Origin: Candidatus Saccharimonadota bacterium
GTDB lineage: Bacteria > Patescibacteriota > Patescibacteriia > 2-12-FULL-60-25
Direction: 5' to 3'
Length of the DNA: 32,000 nucleotides
NCBI GenBank assembly: GCA_016699205.1
Contig: CP064964.1
Location: 540,001 to 572,000, forward strand
Shown here: positions 1 to 7,006 of the stretch, piece by piece
How positions within the stretch are numbered: position 1 is the first letter of the stretch
Layout: each line of letters opens with the position of its first letter
Notes under the pieces: model-generated
Database searches by the model: none
What the model was told of the DNA's origin: nothing
The model's input: the letters and a program-made list of their open reading frames with translations, nothing else
Position numbers and translations under genes: made by a program

Positions 1-302
1 ATGGTGACGATTTTAAGATCTTCCGAGCCGGTATTGATGAAGTTGTGACTTGTGCCACGCGGAACCATGACGAGGGTGCCGGCGTTAATCGGACTTTCTT
101 CACCGTTCAAGACGGCTTTTCCTGTGCCGGCGACGAACAGCAGGTTCTGATCGACGTCATCATGGACTTCTTCCCCCACTTCACTTCCGACGGGGATGCT
201 CATGACCACGACTTGGGAGTCTTGCGCTGTTGCGACCTCGCGGCGATAGAAGGCGTTGTCTTTGGCTATGGCGACGATGTCGCCGGAAAAGGGTTTGAAC
301 AT
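1..302 (-). CDS. Cupin-domain protein, partial (3' end lies outside the window)
   Basis: It is missing from the ORF track because it runs off the window edge. Reverse-strand translation from the ATG at 302-300 gives MFKPFSGDIVAIAKDNAFYRREVATAQDSQVVVMSIPVGSEVGEEVHDDVDQNLLFVAGTGKAVLNGEESPINAGTLVMVPRGTSHNFINTGSEDLKIVT... It shows the small-cupin pattern G.E.G.E.H.D...DQ.L.V..G and P.G..H...N.G. The listed + ORF 45..308 is its antisense shadow. Confidence 0.7.
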   Translation of the reverse strand, partial: MFKPFSGDIVAIAKDNAFYRREVATAQDSQVVVMSIPVGSEVGEEVHDDVDQNLLFVAGTGKAVLNGEESPINAGTLVMVPRGTSHNFINTGSEDLKIVT

Positions 303-426
303 ATGTAAGCATGGTAGCACTAACGGAAGTGCCCTGGCTCTCGCCTTCTTTCTAACGCAAAACACCTACTCAAAAGGAGTTGACCGATGATGGAGAACTC
401 CTCATTATAGAGATGTTCTTTTCCAA

Positions 427-533
427 CTCATTATCAAGAGCGCAGACGAGGGTTTCTGGCCCAATGACTCTGCCGGCAACGTATCCATATGGACAACGTG
501 CCAATTCCAGCCCTTATCGGGACAGATAACGAG
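427..533 (+). promoter_or_regulatory. SAM-I (S-box) riboswitch aptamer in the metK leader
   Basis: P1 pairs CTCATTATC (427-435) with GATAACGAG (525-533). The conserved S-box strings TTATCAAGAG, GAGGG...TGGCCCAATGA, GCCGGCAAC and GTGCCAATTCCAGC occur in canonical order. The element lies directly upstream of metK. Confidence 0.85.
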
Positions 534-554
534 TTCGAAATGGAATTTCATCGA

Positions 555-583
555 CTCTTCCGTCCACGGGAGAGCGTTTTTTT
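555..583 (+). terminator. Intrinsic terminator, probable OFF-state expression platform of the SAM riboswitch
   Basis: CTCTTCCG-TCCA-CGGGAGAG forms an 8-bp stem with one G-U pair, followed by CG and seven T (577-583). It ends 19 nt before the metK ATG. Confidence 0.7.
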
Positions 584-601
584 AATCTTGTTTTTTCCTT
601 T

Positions 602-1654
602 ATGCCTTTATTGCCATCGACCTACACCGCCGAAAGCGTTACTTCCGGACATCCTGATAAAGTTTGCGATCAAATCTCGGATGCGATTCTTGATACGTGT
701 CTCGCGCAAGATCCCACGAGCCGTGTGGCTGTCGAGTGTCTTGGCTCGCATGGGCTACTCGTCATCGCCGGAGAAGTTACAACGCGTGCGGATTTTGATG
801 CGGAAAAAATCGCGCGAAACGTCTACCGTAAAATTGGTTATGAGGATGATTTGGAGGTACGGGTCCATCTCACCAAGCAATCGCCGGATATTGCGCAGGG
901 CGTTGATCCGGGAGGCGCGGGCGATCAAGGAATTATGTACGGTTTTGCCACAGACGAAACGGCGGAATATCTGCCGATAGCTAGCGTGGAGGCGCATCGC
1001 CTTGCAAGGACACTGGAGCAGCTCCGCAAGAACGACGCCGCTTATCACTGGTTACGACCCGACGGAAAAACGCAGATCACCATTCAGGATGGGAAGATCA
1101 CAGACGTCTTGATCAGCACACAACATGCGATCGAAATAACGCAGGAAGAGATCGCGCGAGCGCTTGAGCCGTTGATCGATCCGATTTTGGAGAAAGGACA
1201 TAGACCGCGTTTCCTTGTGAATCCTACGGGGCGATTTGTCCTTGGTGGATTTACCGCCGATGCCGGATTAACCGGACGTAAAATCATGGTTGATACGTAT
1301 GGCGGTGTCATACCGCATGGCGGGGGCGCGTTTTCCGGAAAAGATGCGACCAAGGTTGATCGCTCAGCGGCGTACATGTGCCGGTTTGTGGCAAAAAATC
1401 TTGTGGCAAATGGTCACGCCAAGGAGTGCCTGGTTTCTGTTGCTTACGCCATCGGTATGGTTGATCCGCTGATGGTGTATGCCATAGACCAAGACCGAAG
1501 ACCTATCGACAAGCACTTACTTGATTCCTTTGATTTTCGGCCGACAGCTATCATGGAGCGGCTTGGGTTACGACAGCCAATTTTCCAACAAACTGCCGCG
1601 TATGGGCACTTTGGTAAGGCCGGATTGCCGTGGGAAGATGTCGTGGTATGCTGA
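602..1654 (+). CDS. metK: S-adenosylmethionine synthetase (short form, 350 aa)
   Basis: The N-terminal signature is YTAESVTSGHPDKVCDQISDAILD. Later MetK strings are GAGDQGIMYGFA and DAGLTGRKIMVDTYGG...GGGAFSGKD.TKVDRSAAY. Confidence 0.95.
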   Translation: MPLLPSTYTAESVTSGHPDKVCDQISDAILDTCLAQDPTSRVAVECLGSHGLLVIAGEVTTRADFDAEKIARNVYRKIGYEDDLEVRVHLTKQSPDIAQGVDPGGAGDQGIMYGFATDETAEYLPIASVEAHRLARTLEQLRKNDAAYHWLRPDGKTQITIQDGKITDVLISTQHAIEITQEEIARALEPLIDPILEKGHRPRFLVNPTGRFVLGGFTADAGLTGRKIMVDTYGGVIPHGGGAFSGKDATKVDRSAAYMCRFVAKNLVANGHAKECLVSVAYAIGMVDPLMVYAIDQDRRPIDKHLLDSFDFRPTAIMERLGLRQPIFQQTAAYGHFGKAGLPWEDVVVC

Positions 1655-1661
1655 TAGAATT

Positions 1662-2897
1662 ATGTCTCCTCTAACAATAAGCAGACAGCTAACAGCGACC
1701 CGTTTTGTGCTCATCGCCTCGATGCTTCTTGTCGCGCCGATCGCCCATGCGGGAGATTGCGGTGCCGACCCTGTTTACGAGCGCAATATGACCGGCACGC
1801 CGACCGTCGGACTGCGTGTGCGCGATATTGCTTGTATGGAAGGCTCCAAAGTTTTGACGACGGTATCTGCCGGCACCTCGGTGAAGATCATCGGTGAGAC
1901 GGATGGTTGGTATAAGGTGAAAATTGGCGATACGGTTGGTTGGATGGGAGCGTCGCTTATCAAAGTGACAAATGGCAACGCAAATTCTTCCGATAAAGTC
2001 GTGAAGGAGGTAAAGGCGGAATCGAAGCCGACGGAAATTGGAAAGAAGACGATTGTCGGAATTTTGGAGAAGGACTACAAGAGCGTTGAAGCTGGCAATA
2101 AGACGCTCGTGAATCGATTGAAGGATAAAGTGCTGCTCCGCGTGCAGAAAGGCGGAGAAACTTGGTATGTTGAAAAAGATGGCAAGCTCTCCCGCGTGAA
2201 GATGTATGACAAGAACATGTTCAAGCGTTCGACTGACGTTAAGAAAGAAGTAAAAAAAGAAGAGGTGAAAAAGGAGTCGCTGCTGGGCGCGGCAGGGAGC
2301 ATCGTCCTCCGTGGCGAAATATTGCCGGGTGGCGTGAAACTTATGTGGAATATTACGGGTGACAGTTCCAAGGGTTTTAAGATAGTGAAGTCGGAGAAAG
2401 CGCTACCGGAATATCCGGGTGATGCGGCAGAATATGTCGATGGAAACACGCGCTCCATCACGCGCTACGGGCTCTCGGCTAAGACGTATCACTTCCGTGT
2501 GTGCCGATATACGGGAAATGGCTGTGACGCATACAGCAATGATCTTGAACTGACGATTCCGGCGGGCGAGAAGAGTGAAACATCGAACAAGTATGAGAAA
2601 GTTGAAGGAGAGTTGAAGCTCGAGGCGGCGGTTTTGCCGGGCGCGGTTGCGCTCTCGTGGACCAAGCGCACATCGGACTCGTTTGAGGGGTATAAAGTTG
2701 TACGATCGACGTCGAATGCCGATCCGAGCTACCCAAGCGATAGCTATATCGAGTATCTCCCCAATCGTGAGAGCCTCACATACATCGATGGCGAGGCAAT
2801 TCCGGGCAAAACGTATTACTATCGAATTTGCTCAATCGAAAGCGGCGAGCCGGTTGCGTGCGGAAATGTCGTGAAGGTTTTAGCAAAGCAGCGCTAG
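1662..2897 (+). CDS. Secreted protein with an SH3b-like domain and two fibronectin-III-like repeats
   Basis: Track ORF 1521..2897 overlaps metK. The ATG at 1662 gives a signal peptide, MSPLTISRQLTATRFVLIASMLLVAPIAHA. The SH3b-like stretch is VSAGTSVKIIGETDGWYKVKIGDTVGWMGASLI. There are two C-terminal repeats of the form LPGGVKLMW.....GFKIV..........YHFRVC and LPGAVALSW...FEGYKVVRS...GKTYYYRIC. Confidence 0.75.
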   Translation: MSPLTISRQLTATRFVLIASMLLVAPIAHAGDCGADPVYERNMTGTPTVGLRVRDIACMEGSKVLTTVSAGTSVKIIGETDGWYKVKIGDTVGWMGASLIKVTNGNANSSDKVVKEVKAESKPTEIGKKTIVGILEKDYKSVEAGNKTLVNRLKDKVLLRVQKGGETWYVEKDGKLSRVKMYDKNMFKRSTDVKKEVKKEEVKKESLLGAAGSIVLRGEILPGGVKLMWNITGDSSKGFKIVKSEKALPEYPGDAAEYVDGNTRSITRYGLSAKTYHFRVCRYTGNGCDAYSNDLELTIPAGEKSETSNKYEKVEGELKLEAAVLPGAVALSWTKRTSDSFEGYKVVRSTSNADPSYPSDSYIEYLPNRESLTYIDGEAIPGKTYYYRICSIESGEPVACGNVVKVLAKQR

Positions 2898-2900
2898 TCA

Positions 2901-2934
2901 AAAATACCCCCGCAGTGCTGCGGGGGTATTTTTT
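2901..2934. terminator. Bidirectional intrinsic terminator
   Basis: AAAATACCCCCGCAG-TGC-TGCGGGGGTATTTT lies between convergent genes. The T-run overlaps the stop codon of the minus-strand gene. Confidence 0.8.
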
Positions 2935-3193
2935 ATTTGTCATCTTTGCCCCAGCGCCAACGCGGTGGCTCGCCTGTTTTGTAACTGATATAGATTAATA
3001 CCGCTGTCATCACAAGAGTCTCGGCTACGAACTCGATCGTGTTTTCAACCGGAGGCATGTCTGTCGACATCAATCGCCAAGCATTAAGACCGAGAAGTAC
3101 TACCCATAACAGGATCATCAACCAACCCTGCCATGTGGCGGGATACCAGCCGTAGCCGTAGGTTTTGGCCTTGAACCAGATGGGTCGCTTCAT
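2933..3193 (-). CDS. Small membrane protein (86 aa), hypothetical
   Basis: The internal ATG at 3193 gives MKRPIWFKAKTYGYGWYPATWQGWLMILLWVVLLGLNAW... with two hydrophobic helices. AAAGGAG lies upstream. The longer track ORF (to 3259) adds a Cys/His-rich, non-protein-like extension. Confidence 0.55.
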   Translation of the reverse strand: MKRPIWFKAKTYGYGWYPATWQGWLMILLWVVLLGLNAWRLMSTDMPPVENTIEFVAETLVMTAVLIYISYKTGEPPRWRWGKDDK

Positions 3194-3292
3194 ACAAATC
3201 CACGTTACTCCTTTCTCTTGAAACGTCGAACCCGTTGACATGCAGCACGCTTCGTGCACAATGCAAATGCACGATGAAAAAGGGAGCGTGCC

Positions 3293-3739
3293 ATGAAAAA
3301 ACCGTTGAAGATCCTGTTTGTTTGTCGAGCGAACCTCTGTCGTAGCGTCATGGCTGAAGGCATCGCGAAGAAACTCGCGAAGTGGGACAAGGCTGAAATC
3401 AAGTCGGCTGGGACAGAGGCTGAAAATGGTCTGCGAGCCGCGGATATCGCTATCAAGGTGGCAGAAGCAGATATTGATGGCGTGTACCTACGTGACCATC
3501 GATCACGCCGCCTCAACGCTGAACTCGTCGATTGGGCAGACATCATCTACCTCCCGACCACACGCCGCCGAAGGCAGGTCGAACACATGTTCCCCGCTGC
3601 CGTCGAGAAGGTCCGCATGATCGATGAGCAGCGTGATTTCCCCGATCCGATCCACGCTCAAGACCGCGTGTTTTACGAGCTGTACGCGCAGCTCAAAGTC
3701 GCGATCAAAGAGCGTTTTACCGAGCTAGACATCCTCTGA
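3293..3739 (+). CDS. Low-molecular-weight phosphotyrosine protein phosphatase / ArsC-like family
   Basis: The N-terminal P-loop is ILFVCRANLCRS (C-x5-R-S), and there is a C-terminal DP motif (DFPDPI). At 148 aa the size is typical for the family. Confidence 0.85.
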   Translation: MKKPLKILFVCRANLCRSVMAEGIAKKLAKWDKAEIKSAGTEAENGLRAADIAIKVAEADIDGVYLRDHRSRRLNAELVDWADIIYLPTTRRRRQVEHMFPAAVEKVRMIDEQRDFPDPIHAQDRVFYELYAQLKVAIKERFTELDIL

Positions 3740-3746
3740 ACGCAAG

Positions 3747-3778
3747 AGCCCCCGAACAACTCTGTTCGGGGGCTTTTC
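3747..3778. terminator. Bidirectional intrinsic terminator
   Basis: AGCCCCCGAACA-ACTC-TGTTCGGGGGCT is followed by TTTT and lies between convergent genes. Confidence 0.8.
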
Positions 3779-3787
3779 AGTGGCGCA

Positions 3788-4096
3788 TCAGGCGCGATAG
3801 GTTCTTCGCAGCTCGATCTCGGCGAGCTGCTGTCGGAGTTTGTAGAGCTCGACTTGATCGGGCTTTCGCTCGATCTCGGCGATGCGGGTGCGGATCTCTT
3901 GTTCGCGCGGATGTATCAGGCGGAACGGAGGGAGCTCGAGGTAGCGCTGGCGCAGCATCTGCAGAGCAACGAAGGCGATAACGCCAGCGATATTGCTCAT
4001 CTTCAGCGGCACTCCGCACAGATACAGCAGCCCCGAGATACTGACTGAGGCTACGACAATAGCCAGATTCACGATTGCTCGGTCGTACTTGTCCAT
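3788..4096 (-). CDS. Hypothetical membrane protein with a C-terminal coiled coil (102 aa)
   Basis: Two hydrophobic helices (IVNLAIVVASVSISGLLYL, IAGVIAFVALQML) are followed by a charged helical tail. GGAG lies 4 nt before the ATG and a promoter sits upstream. Confidence 0.6.
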   Translation of the reverse strand: MDKYDRAIVNLAIVVASVSISGLLYLCGVPLKMSNIAGVIAFVALQMLRQRYLELPPFRLIHPREQEIRTRIAEIERKPDQVELYKLRQQLAEIELRRTYRA

Positions 4097-4110
4097 GTGT
4101 CTCCGCTCTT

Positions 4111-4139
4111 TATGTAGCCAAAATATCGAGTTTTGTCAA
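4111..4139 (-). promoter_or_regulatory. Sigma70-type promoter for 3788..4096
   Basis: On the minus strand: TTGACA (4139-4134), a 17-nt spacer, then TACATA (4116-4111). Confidence 0.6.
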
Positions 4140-4179
4140 TCATTGACCCTGAAGCCAAAACAGCCCAATATACGCAGAA

Positions 4180-5568
4180 ATGGCTACGATTTTGTCGACG
4201 GAAGCGCTTTCAAAGGCTCATGGGCCGTTGATGCTTTTTGAGAATGCGACACTTTCTTTTGATGAAACAGACAAGATCGGATTTATCGGGAGGAATGGTG
4301 CGGGCAAATCGACCTTGTTGAATATCATCACCGGACAGGAGGAGGCGGATAGCGGGAGCGTGTCGAGGCATCCGAATTTGCGCATGGGCTATTTGAAACA
4401 GCTCGATGATTTTACTGAAGGTGAGAGCGTGATCGGATTTATGCAGCGCATGAGCGGGAAGCCGGATTGGTTTTGTGGAAAGATTGGCGCGCAGTTTGAA
4501 TTGAAGAAGGAGAAGCTGGAAACAACAATCGCTTCGCTCTCCGGCGGCTGGCAGATGCGCGTGAAGCTCGCGGCGCTTTTGTGTCAGGAACCGAATTTTT
4601 TATTGCTCGATGAGCCGACAAACTTTCTTGATCTTAATACTCAATTATTGTTGGAAGCATTCTTGCGCGATTGGCATGGCGGATTTTTGATCGTGTCGCA
4701 TGATCGAGAATTTCTTACAAACACCTGTACGCACACGCTCGAGCTTGAACACGGATCGTTTACATTGTTTCCGGGCGATATCGAGACCTATCTTGCCTAC
4801 AAAGAAGAACAGCTTGCTTTCAAGATCAAATACAATCAAAAGATCGATACGGAAAAGAAGAAACTCCTGTCATTTGTGGAGCGTTTTGGCGCGAAAGCCT
4901 CCAAAGCGACGCAAGCACAGTCCAAATTAAAGCAGATGCGGAAGCTGAAGACGATTGAGATCAAGCATCGACTCAAAACGGTGCGCATCGTGATTCCCAA
5001 GGTTGATCCTCGGAAAACGTTTGCCGTGAAGGCGGCGCATTTGTCTATTGGCTACGGCGACAAAACGATCGCGAAAGATATTCAGTTTGAAATTGATCGC
5101 GGACAGAAAGTAGCATTGCTCGGACAGAATGGCGCAGGTAAATCGACATTACTCAAAACGCTAGCCGGACTGCTTGAGAAAAAAGACGGAACATTTGCGT
5201 GGAATAATCGGACTGTATTTGCTTATTATGATCAGCACACGGCCGAGCAGCTACACCCGCAAGATACGATCTCGAGTTATTTGACTCGGCAGATGGCGAT
5301 CGATCTTGAACCGGAAGTGTTGATGCGTATGGCGGGAAACTTTTTGTTCACGAAAGAAGATTTGGATAAAACGATTTCCCTTTTGTCCGGAGGAGAACGT
5401 TCACGCTTGGCGATGGCCGGGATTCTTTTGCGCAGACCCGACGTGTTGCTGCTCGATGAACCGACGAACCACCTTGATCTTGAGACGGTAGAGGCGCTCG
5501 GTGCCGCCCTTAAGGCTTGGAATGGGACGGTGATCTTTGTGTCGCATAGCCGTACGTTTGTGAACTGA
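4180..5568 (+). CDS. ABC-F family ATPase (Uup/EttA-like), N-terminal 461 aa, interrupted by a frame break near 5560
   Basis: Two NBDs are present: GRNGAGKST / LSGGWQMRV / LLLDEPTNFLD and GQNGAGKST / LSGGERSRL / LLLDEPTNHLD. The ORF ends prematurely at ...FVSHSRTFVN*. Confidence 0.9.
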   Translation: MATILSTEALSKAHGPLMLFENATLSFDETDKIGFIGRNGAGKSTLLNIITGQEEADSGSVSRHPNLRMGYLKQLDDFTEGESVIGFMQRMSGKPDWFCGKIGAQFELKKEKLETTIASLSGGWQMRVKLAALLCQEPNFLLLDEPTNFLDLNTQLLLEAFLRDWHGGFLIVSHDREFLTNTCTHTLELEHGSFTLFPGDIETYLAYKEEQLAFKIKYNQKIDTEKKKLLSFVERFGAKASKATQAQSKLKQMRKLKTIEIKHRLKTVRIVIPKVDPRKTFAVKAAHLSIGYGDKTIAKDIQFEIDRGQKVALLGQNGAGKSTLLKTLAGLLEKKDGTFAWNNRTVFAYYDQHTAEQLHPQDTISSYLTRQMAIDLEPEVLMRMAGNFLFTKEDLDKTISLLSGGERSRLAMAGILLRRPDVLLLDEPTNHLDLETVEALGAALKAWNGTVIFVSHSRTFVN

Positions 5569-5603
5569 TTGCTACACGCATTCTTGAGGTTCGCGATGGC
5601 TCT

Positions 5604-5945
5604 TTGCGAGTTTTCCCTGGCACTTACGAGGAATACGTCTATCAGCTCCAGCAGGAAGAGGGCTTAGCCAAGGAAAAGGAAGAGATCGTTGAAGAAGAGC
5701 CGCAAACGCTGTCCAAAGCTGAACGACATGAAAAGATAAAAGAGCTTAAACGAGCGATTATCAAGGTAGAGAAGGAGCTGGATAAGCTTGAAGAAGAGCG
5801 GGCGGGCTTGATGAAGCTTTTCACCCAAGATCCCCTGACGTTTGATCTGGAGCGAACGAGGACGCTTACGAGGCTGGAAACGATGATCCCTCATGCAGAA
5901 TCGGAATGGACGAGATTAACAACGGAATTGGAACAGCTTGGATAA
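5604..5945 (+). CDS. C-terminal continuation of the ABC-F ATPase (frame open from 5550)
   Basis: The -1 frame reads ELIATRILEVRDGSLRVFPGTYEEYVYQLQQEE... followed by a coiled-coil tail typical of ABC-F C-termini. The track shows only the part beginning at the CTG codon at 5604 (shown as M in the track), which is not an AUG start. Confidence 0.8.
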   Translation: MRVFPGTYEEYVYQLQQEEGLAKEKEEIVEEEPQTLSKAERHEKIKELKRAIIKVEKELDKLEEERAGLMKLFTQDPLTFDLERTRTLTRLETMIPHAESEWTRLTTELEQLG

Positions 5946-5950
5946 ACAAT

Positions 5951-5979
5951 GGCCCCGCACCGAGAATCGGAGCGGGGCC
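5951..5979. terminator. Two-tier GC hairpin after the ABC-F gene, same design as the island hairpins
   Basis: The hairpin is GGCCCCGC-A-CCGA-GAA-TCGG-A-GCGGGGCC, followed by TTGCTAGT. It lies between the ABC-F stop and the stop of the convergent small ORF. Confidence 0.65.
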
Positions 5980-5982
5980 TTG

Positions 5983-6087
5983 CTAGTCAGAGCCGGAAAA
6001 GAATAGAACCTTGATGAAGAGGAGCCCGAGCAGGAAGAAGGCGATCTTCCATTCCCAGGGAACGAATGGGCGCTTCTTATCTTCCAT
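5983..6087 (-). CDS. Small membrane protein, 34 aa (below the ORF-track cutoff)
   Basis: The product is MEDKKRPFVPWEWKIAFFLLGLLFIKVLFFSGSD. GGAGG lies 7 nt upstream of the ATG. It has its own TTGACC-17-ATAATC promoter and a hairpin just past the stop. Confidence 0.55.
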   Translation of the reverse strand: MEDKKRPFVPWEWKIAFFLLGLLFIKVLFFSGSD

Positions 6088-6105
6088 GAATAAACCTCCG
6101 GACGC

Positions 6106-6134
6106 GATTATGCCTATTTTAGGGACATGGTCAA
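6106..6134 (-). promoter_or_regulatory. Sigma70-type promoter for the 34-aa ORF
   Basis: On the minus strand: TTGACC (6134-6129), a 17-nt spacer, then ATAATC (6111-6106). Confidence 0.55.
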
Positions 6135-6150
6135 TGCTCTAAACATAAAA

Positions 6151-6168
6151 GCCCCGTTTAACGGGGCT
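6151..6168. terminator. Hairpin terminator downstream of tRNA-Ile
   Basis: GCCCCGT-TTAA-ACGGGGC is flanked by an A-run and a T-run, 8 nt after the tRNA 3' end. Confidence 0.7.
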
Positions 6169-6176
6169 TTTATTGA

Positions 6177-6253
6177 TGGTGGGACGGGATGGAATCGAAC
6201 CATCGACCACCGAGGTATAAGCTCGGCGCTCTAACCAACTGAGCTACCGTCCC
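6177..6253 (-). tRNA. tRNA-Ile, anticodon UAU, CCA encoded
   Basis: The reverse complement is GGGACGG TA GCTC AGTTGGTTA GAGC G CCGAG CTTATAC CTCGG TGGTC GATGG TTCGATT CCATC CCGTCCC A CCA. The cloverleaf is perfect. The anticodon loop is C-U-UAU-A-C. Confidence 0.85.
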
Positions 6254-6270
6254 GGATACCGCGCGCAGGC

Positions 6271-6299
6271 AGGGTAAGGCGGAACAAGGGCTACGTCAA
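6271..6299 (-). promoter_or_regulatory. Candidate promoter for tRNA-Ile
   Basis: On the minus strand: ATCCG-TTGACG (-35 box at 6299-6294), a 17-nt spacer, then TACCCT (6276-6271). The -35 box is back-to-back with the + strand TTGACA at 6304. Confidence 0.4.
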
Positions 6300-6303
6300 C
6301 GGA

Positions 6304-6332
6304 TTGACAAAGTGGATCGATCATGCTCAAAT
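6304..6332 (+). promoter_or_regulatory. Candidate promoter for 6363..6923
   Basis: TTGACA (6304-6309), a 17-nt spacer, then TCAAAT (6327-6332). Confidence 0.45.
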
Positions 6333-6362
6333 TGCCGCGGTCTCTCACAATGGAGAAACACC

Positions 6363-6923
6363 ATGAGCTTGTTCGCGACGCCGGCACTACCGCCGGTACC
6401 GACCGCTCCCCATTCACGGGTTCAGCACATCTTCTACACGGCACCGTACATTCGATACATGCTCGAGAGTTTTCTCGAGGGAAACCTGGAGAGCAACCTC
6501 CTCGAGACGGACGCGATCGTGGAGACCTTGTCCCGCATCTACCTGATCGGGCTCGCATTCTCGACGGACTTCTGGAAAGAAGACGACCGAGAGACGCTGG
6601 AGGTCGAGAAGGAGCGGCTCCTCGCGGAGCTTGCCCTTCTCCGAAAGGCGCAGGTCAAGATCGGCGGCAACCGTCAGTGGAACCACTTCCGAGCGTTCTT
6701 CCGCACCCTCACAGGCCTGCGGCTCCCATCGCGCAAATCGCCAGAGCAGCTCAGCCTCTCCGACGAGCGAGCTGAGATGAAGCTCTGCACTGCCTTCGCG
6801 ATCATGGCGATGAATATCCGCGAGGTCGAGGCCAGGCCCGCGCCAGCACCGCCTGTGATCGAGCCGCTACCCAAGCGGATCGCGGACCGCGTCACCCGTC
6901 ATAACAAGAAGACGGTCTTCTGA
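6363..6923 (+). CDS. Hypothetical protein, GC-rich orphan (186 aa)
   Basis: The ATG at 6363 is preceded by GGAG at a 7-nt spacing. The product MSLFATPALPPVPTAPHSRVQHIFYTAPYIRYMLESFLEGNLE... has no family I recognise. Hand-counted 60-nt lines inside the gene gave 35/60 and 38/60 G+C. The overlapping ORF 6323..6775 is a low-complexity off-frame artefact. Confidence 0.6.
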   Translation: MSLFATPALPPVPTAPHSRVQHIFYTAPYIRYMLESFLEGNLESNLLETDAIVETLSRIYLIGLAFSTDFWKEDDRETLEVEKERLLAELALLRKAQVKIGGNRQWNHFRAFFRTLTGLRLPSRKSPEQLSLSDERAEMKLCTAFAIMAMNIREVEARPAPAPPVIEPLPKRIADRVTRHNKKTVF

Positions 6924-6930
6924 ACGCCAT

Positions 6931-6963
6931 GGCCCGCCACCGATGTCTATCGTGTGGCGGGTC
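6931..6963 (+). terminator. Two-tier hairpin after the GC-rich orphan
   Basis: The hairpin is GGCCCGCCAC-CGAT-GTCT-ATCG-T-GTGGCGGGTC. It occupies what the track shows as the N-terminus of ORF 6929..7969. Confidence 0.6.
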
Positions 6964-7006
6964 AATTAAATTCTCATCATCGTTTGAATCGGTTAAACTC
7001 CCTGTC

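Noticed and set aside
489-980. A 163-aa + ORF starting inside the metK leader
   Set aside because: It covers the SAM riboswitch and terminator, then runs out of frame through metK. The sequence is not protein-like.
5557-5570. Programmed ribosomal frameshift in the ABC-F gene
   Set aside because: There is no X XXY YYZ slippery heptamer for a -1 shift. The prfB-type +1 context (CUU UGA) would lead to the wrong frame. A 1-nt loss in GG explains the break, as at the two other sites.
6929-7006. An N-terminal extension of the rluD ORF (MARHRCLSCGGSIKF...), which looks like a C-x2-C zinc knuckle
   Set aside because: This segment is the stem-loop terminator of the upstream gene (6931-6963). The S4 domain begins right after the ATG at 7007.
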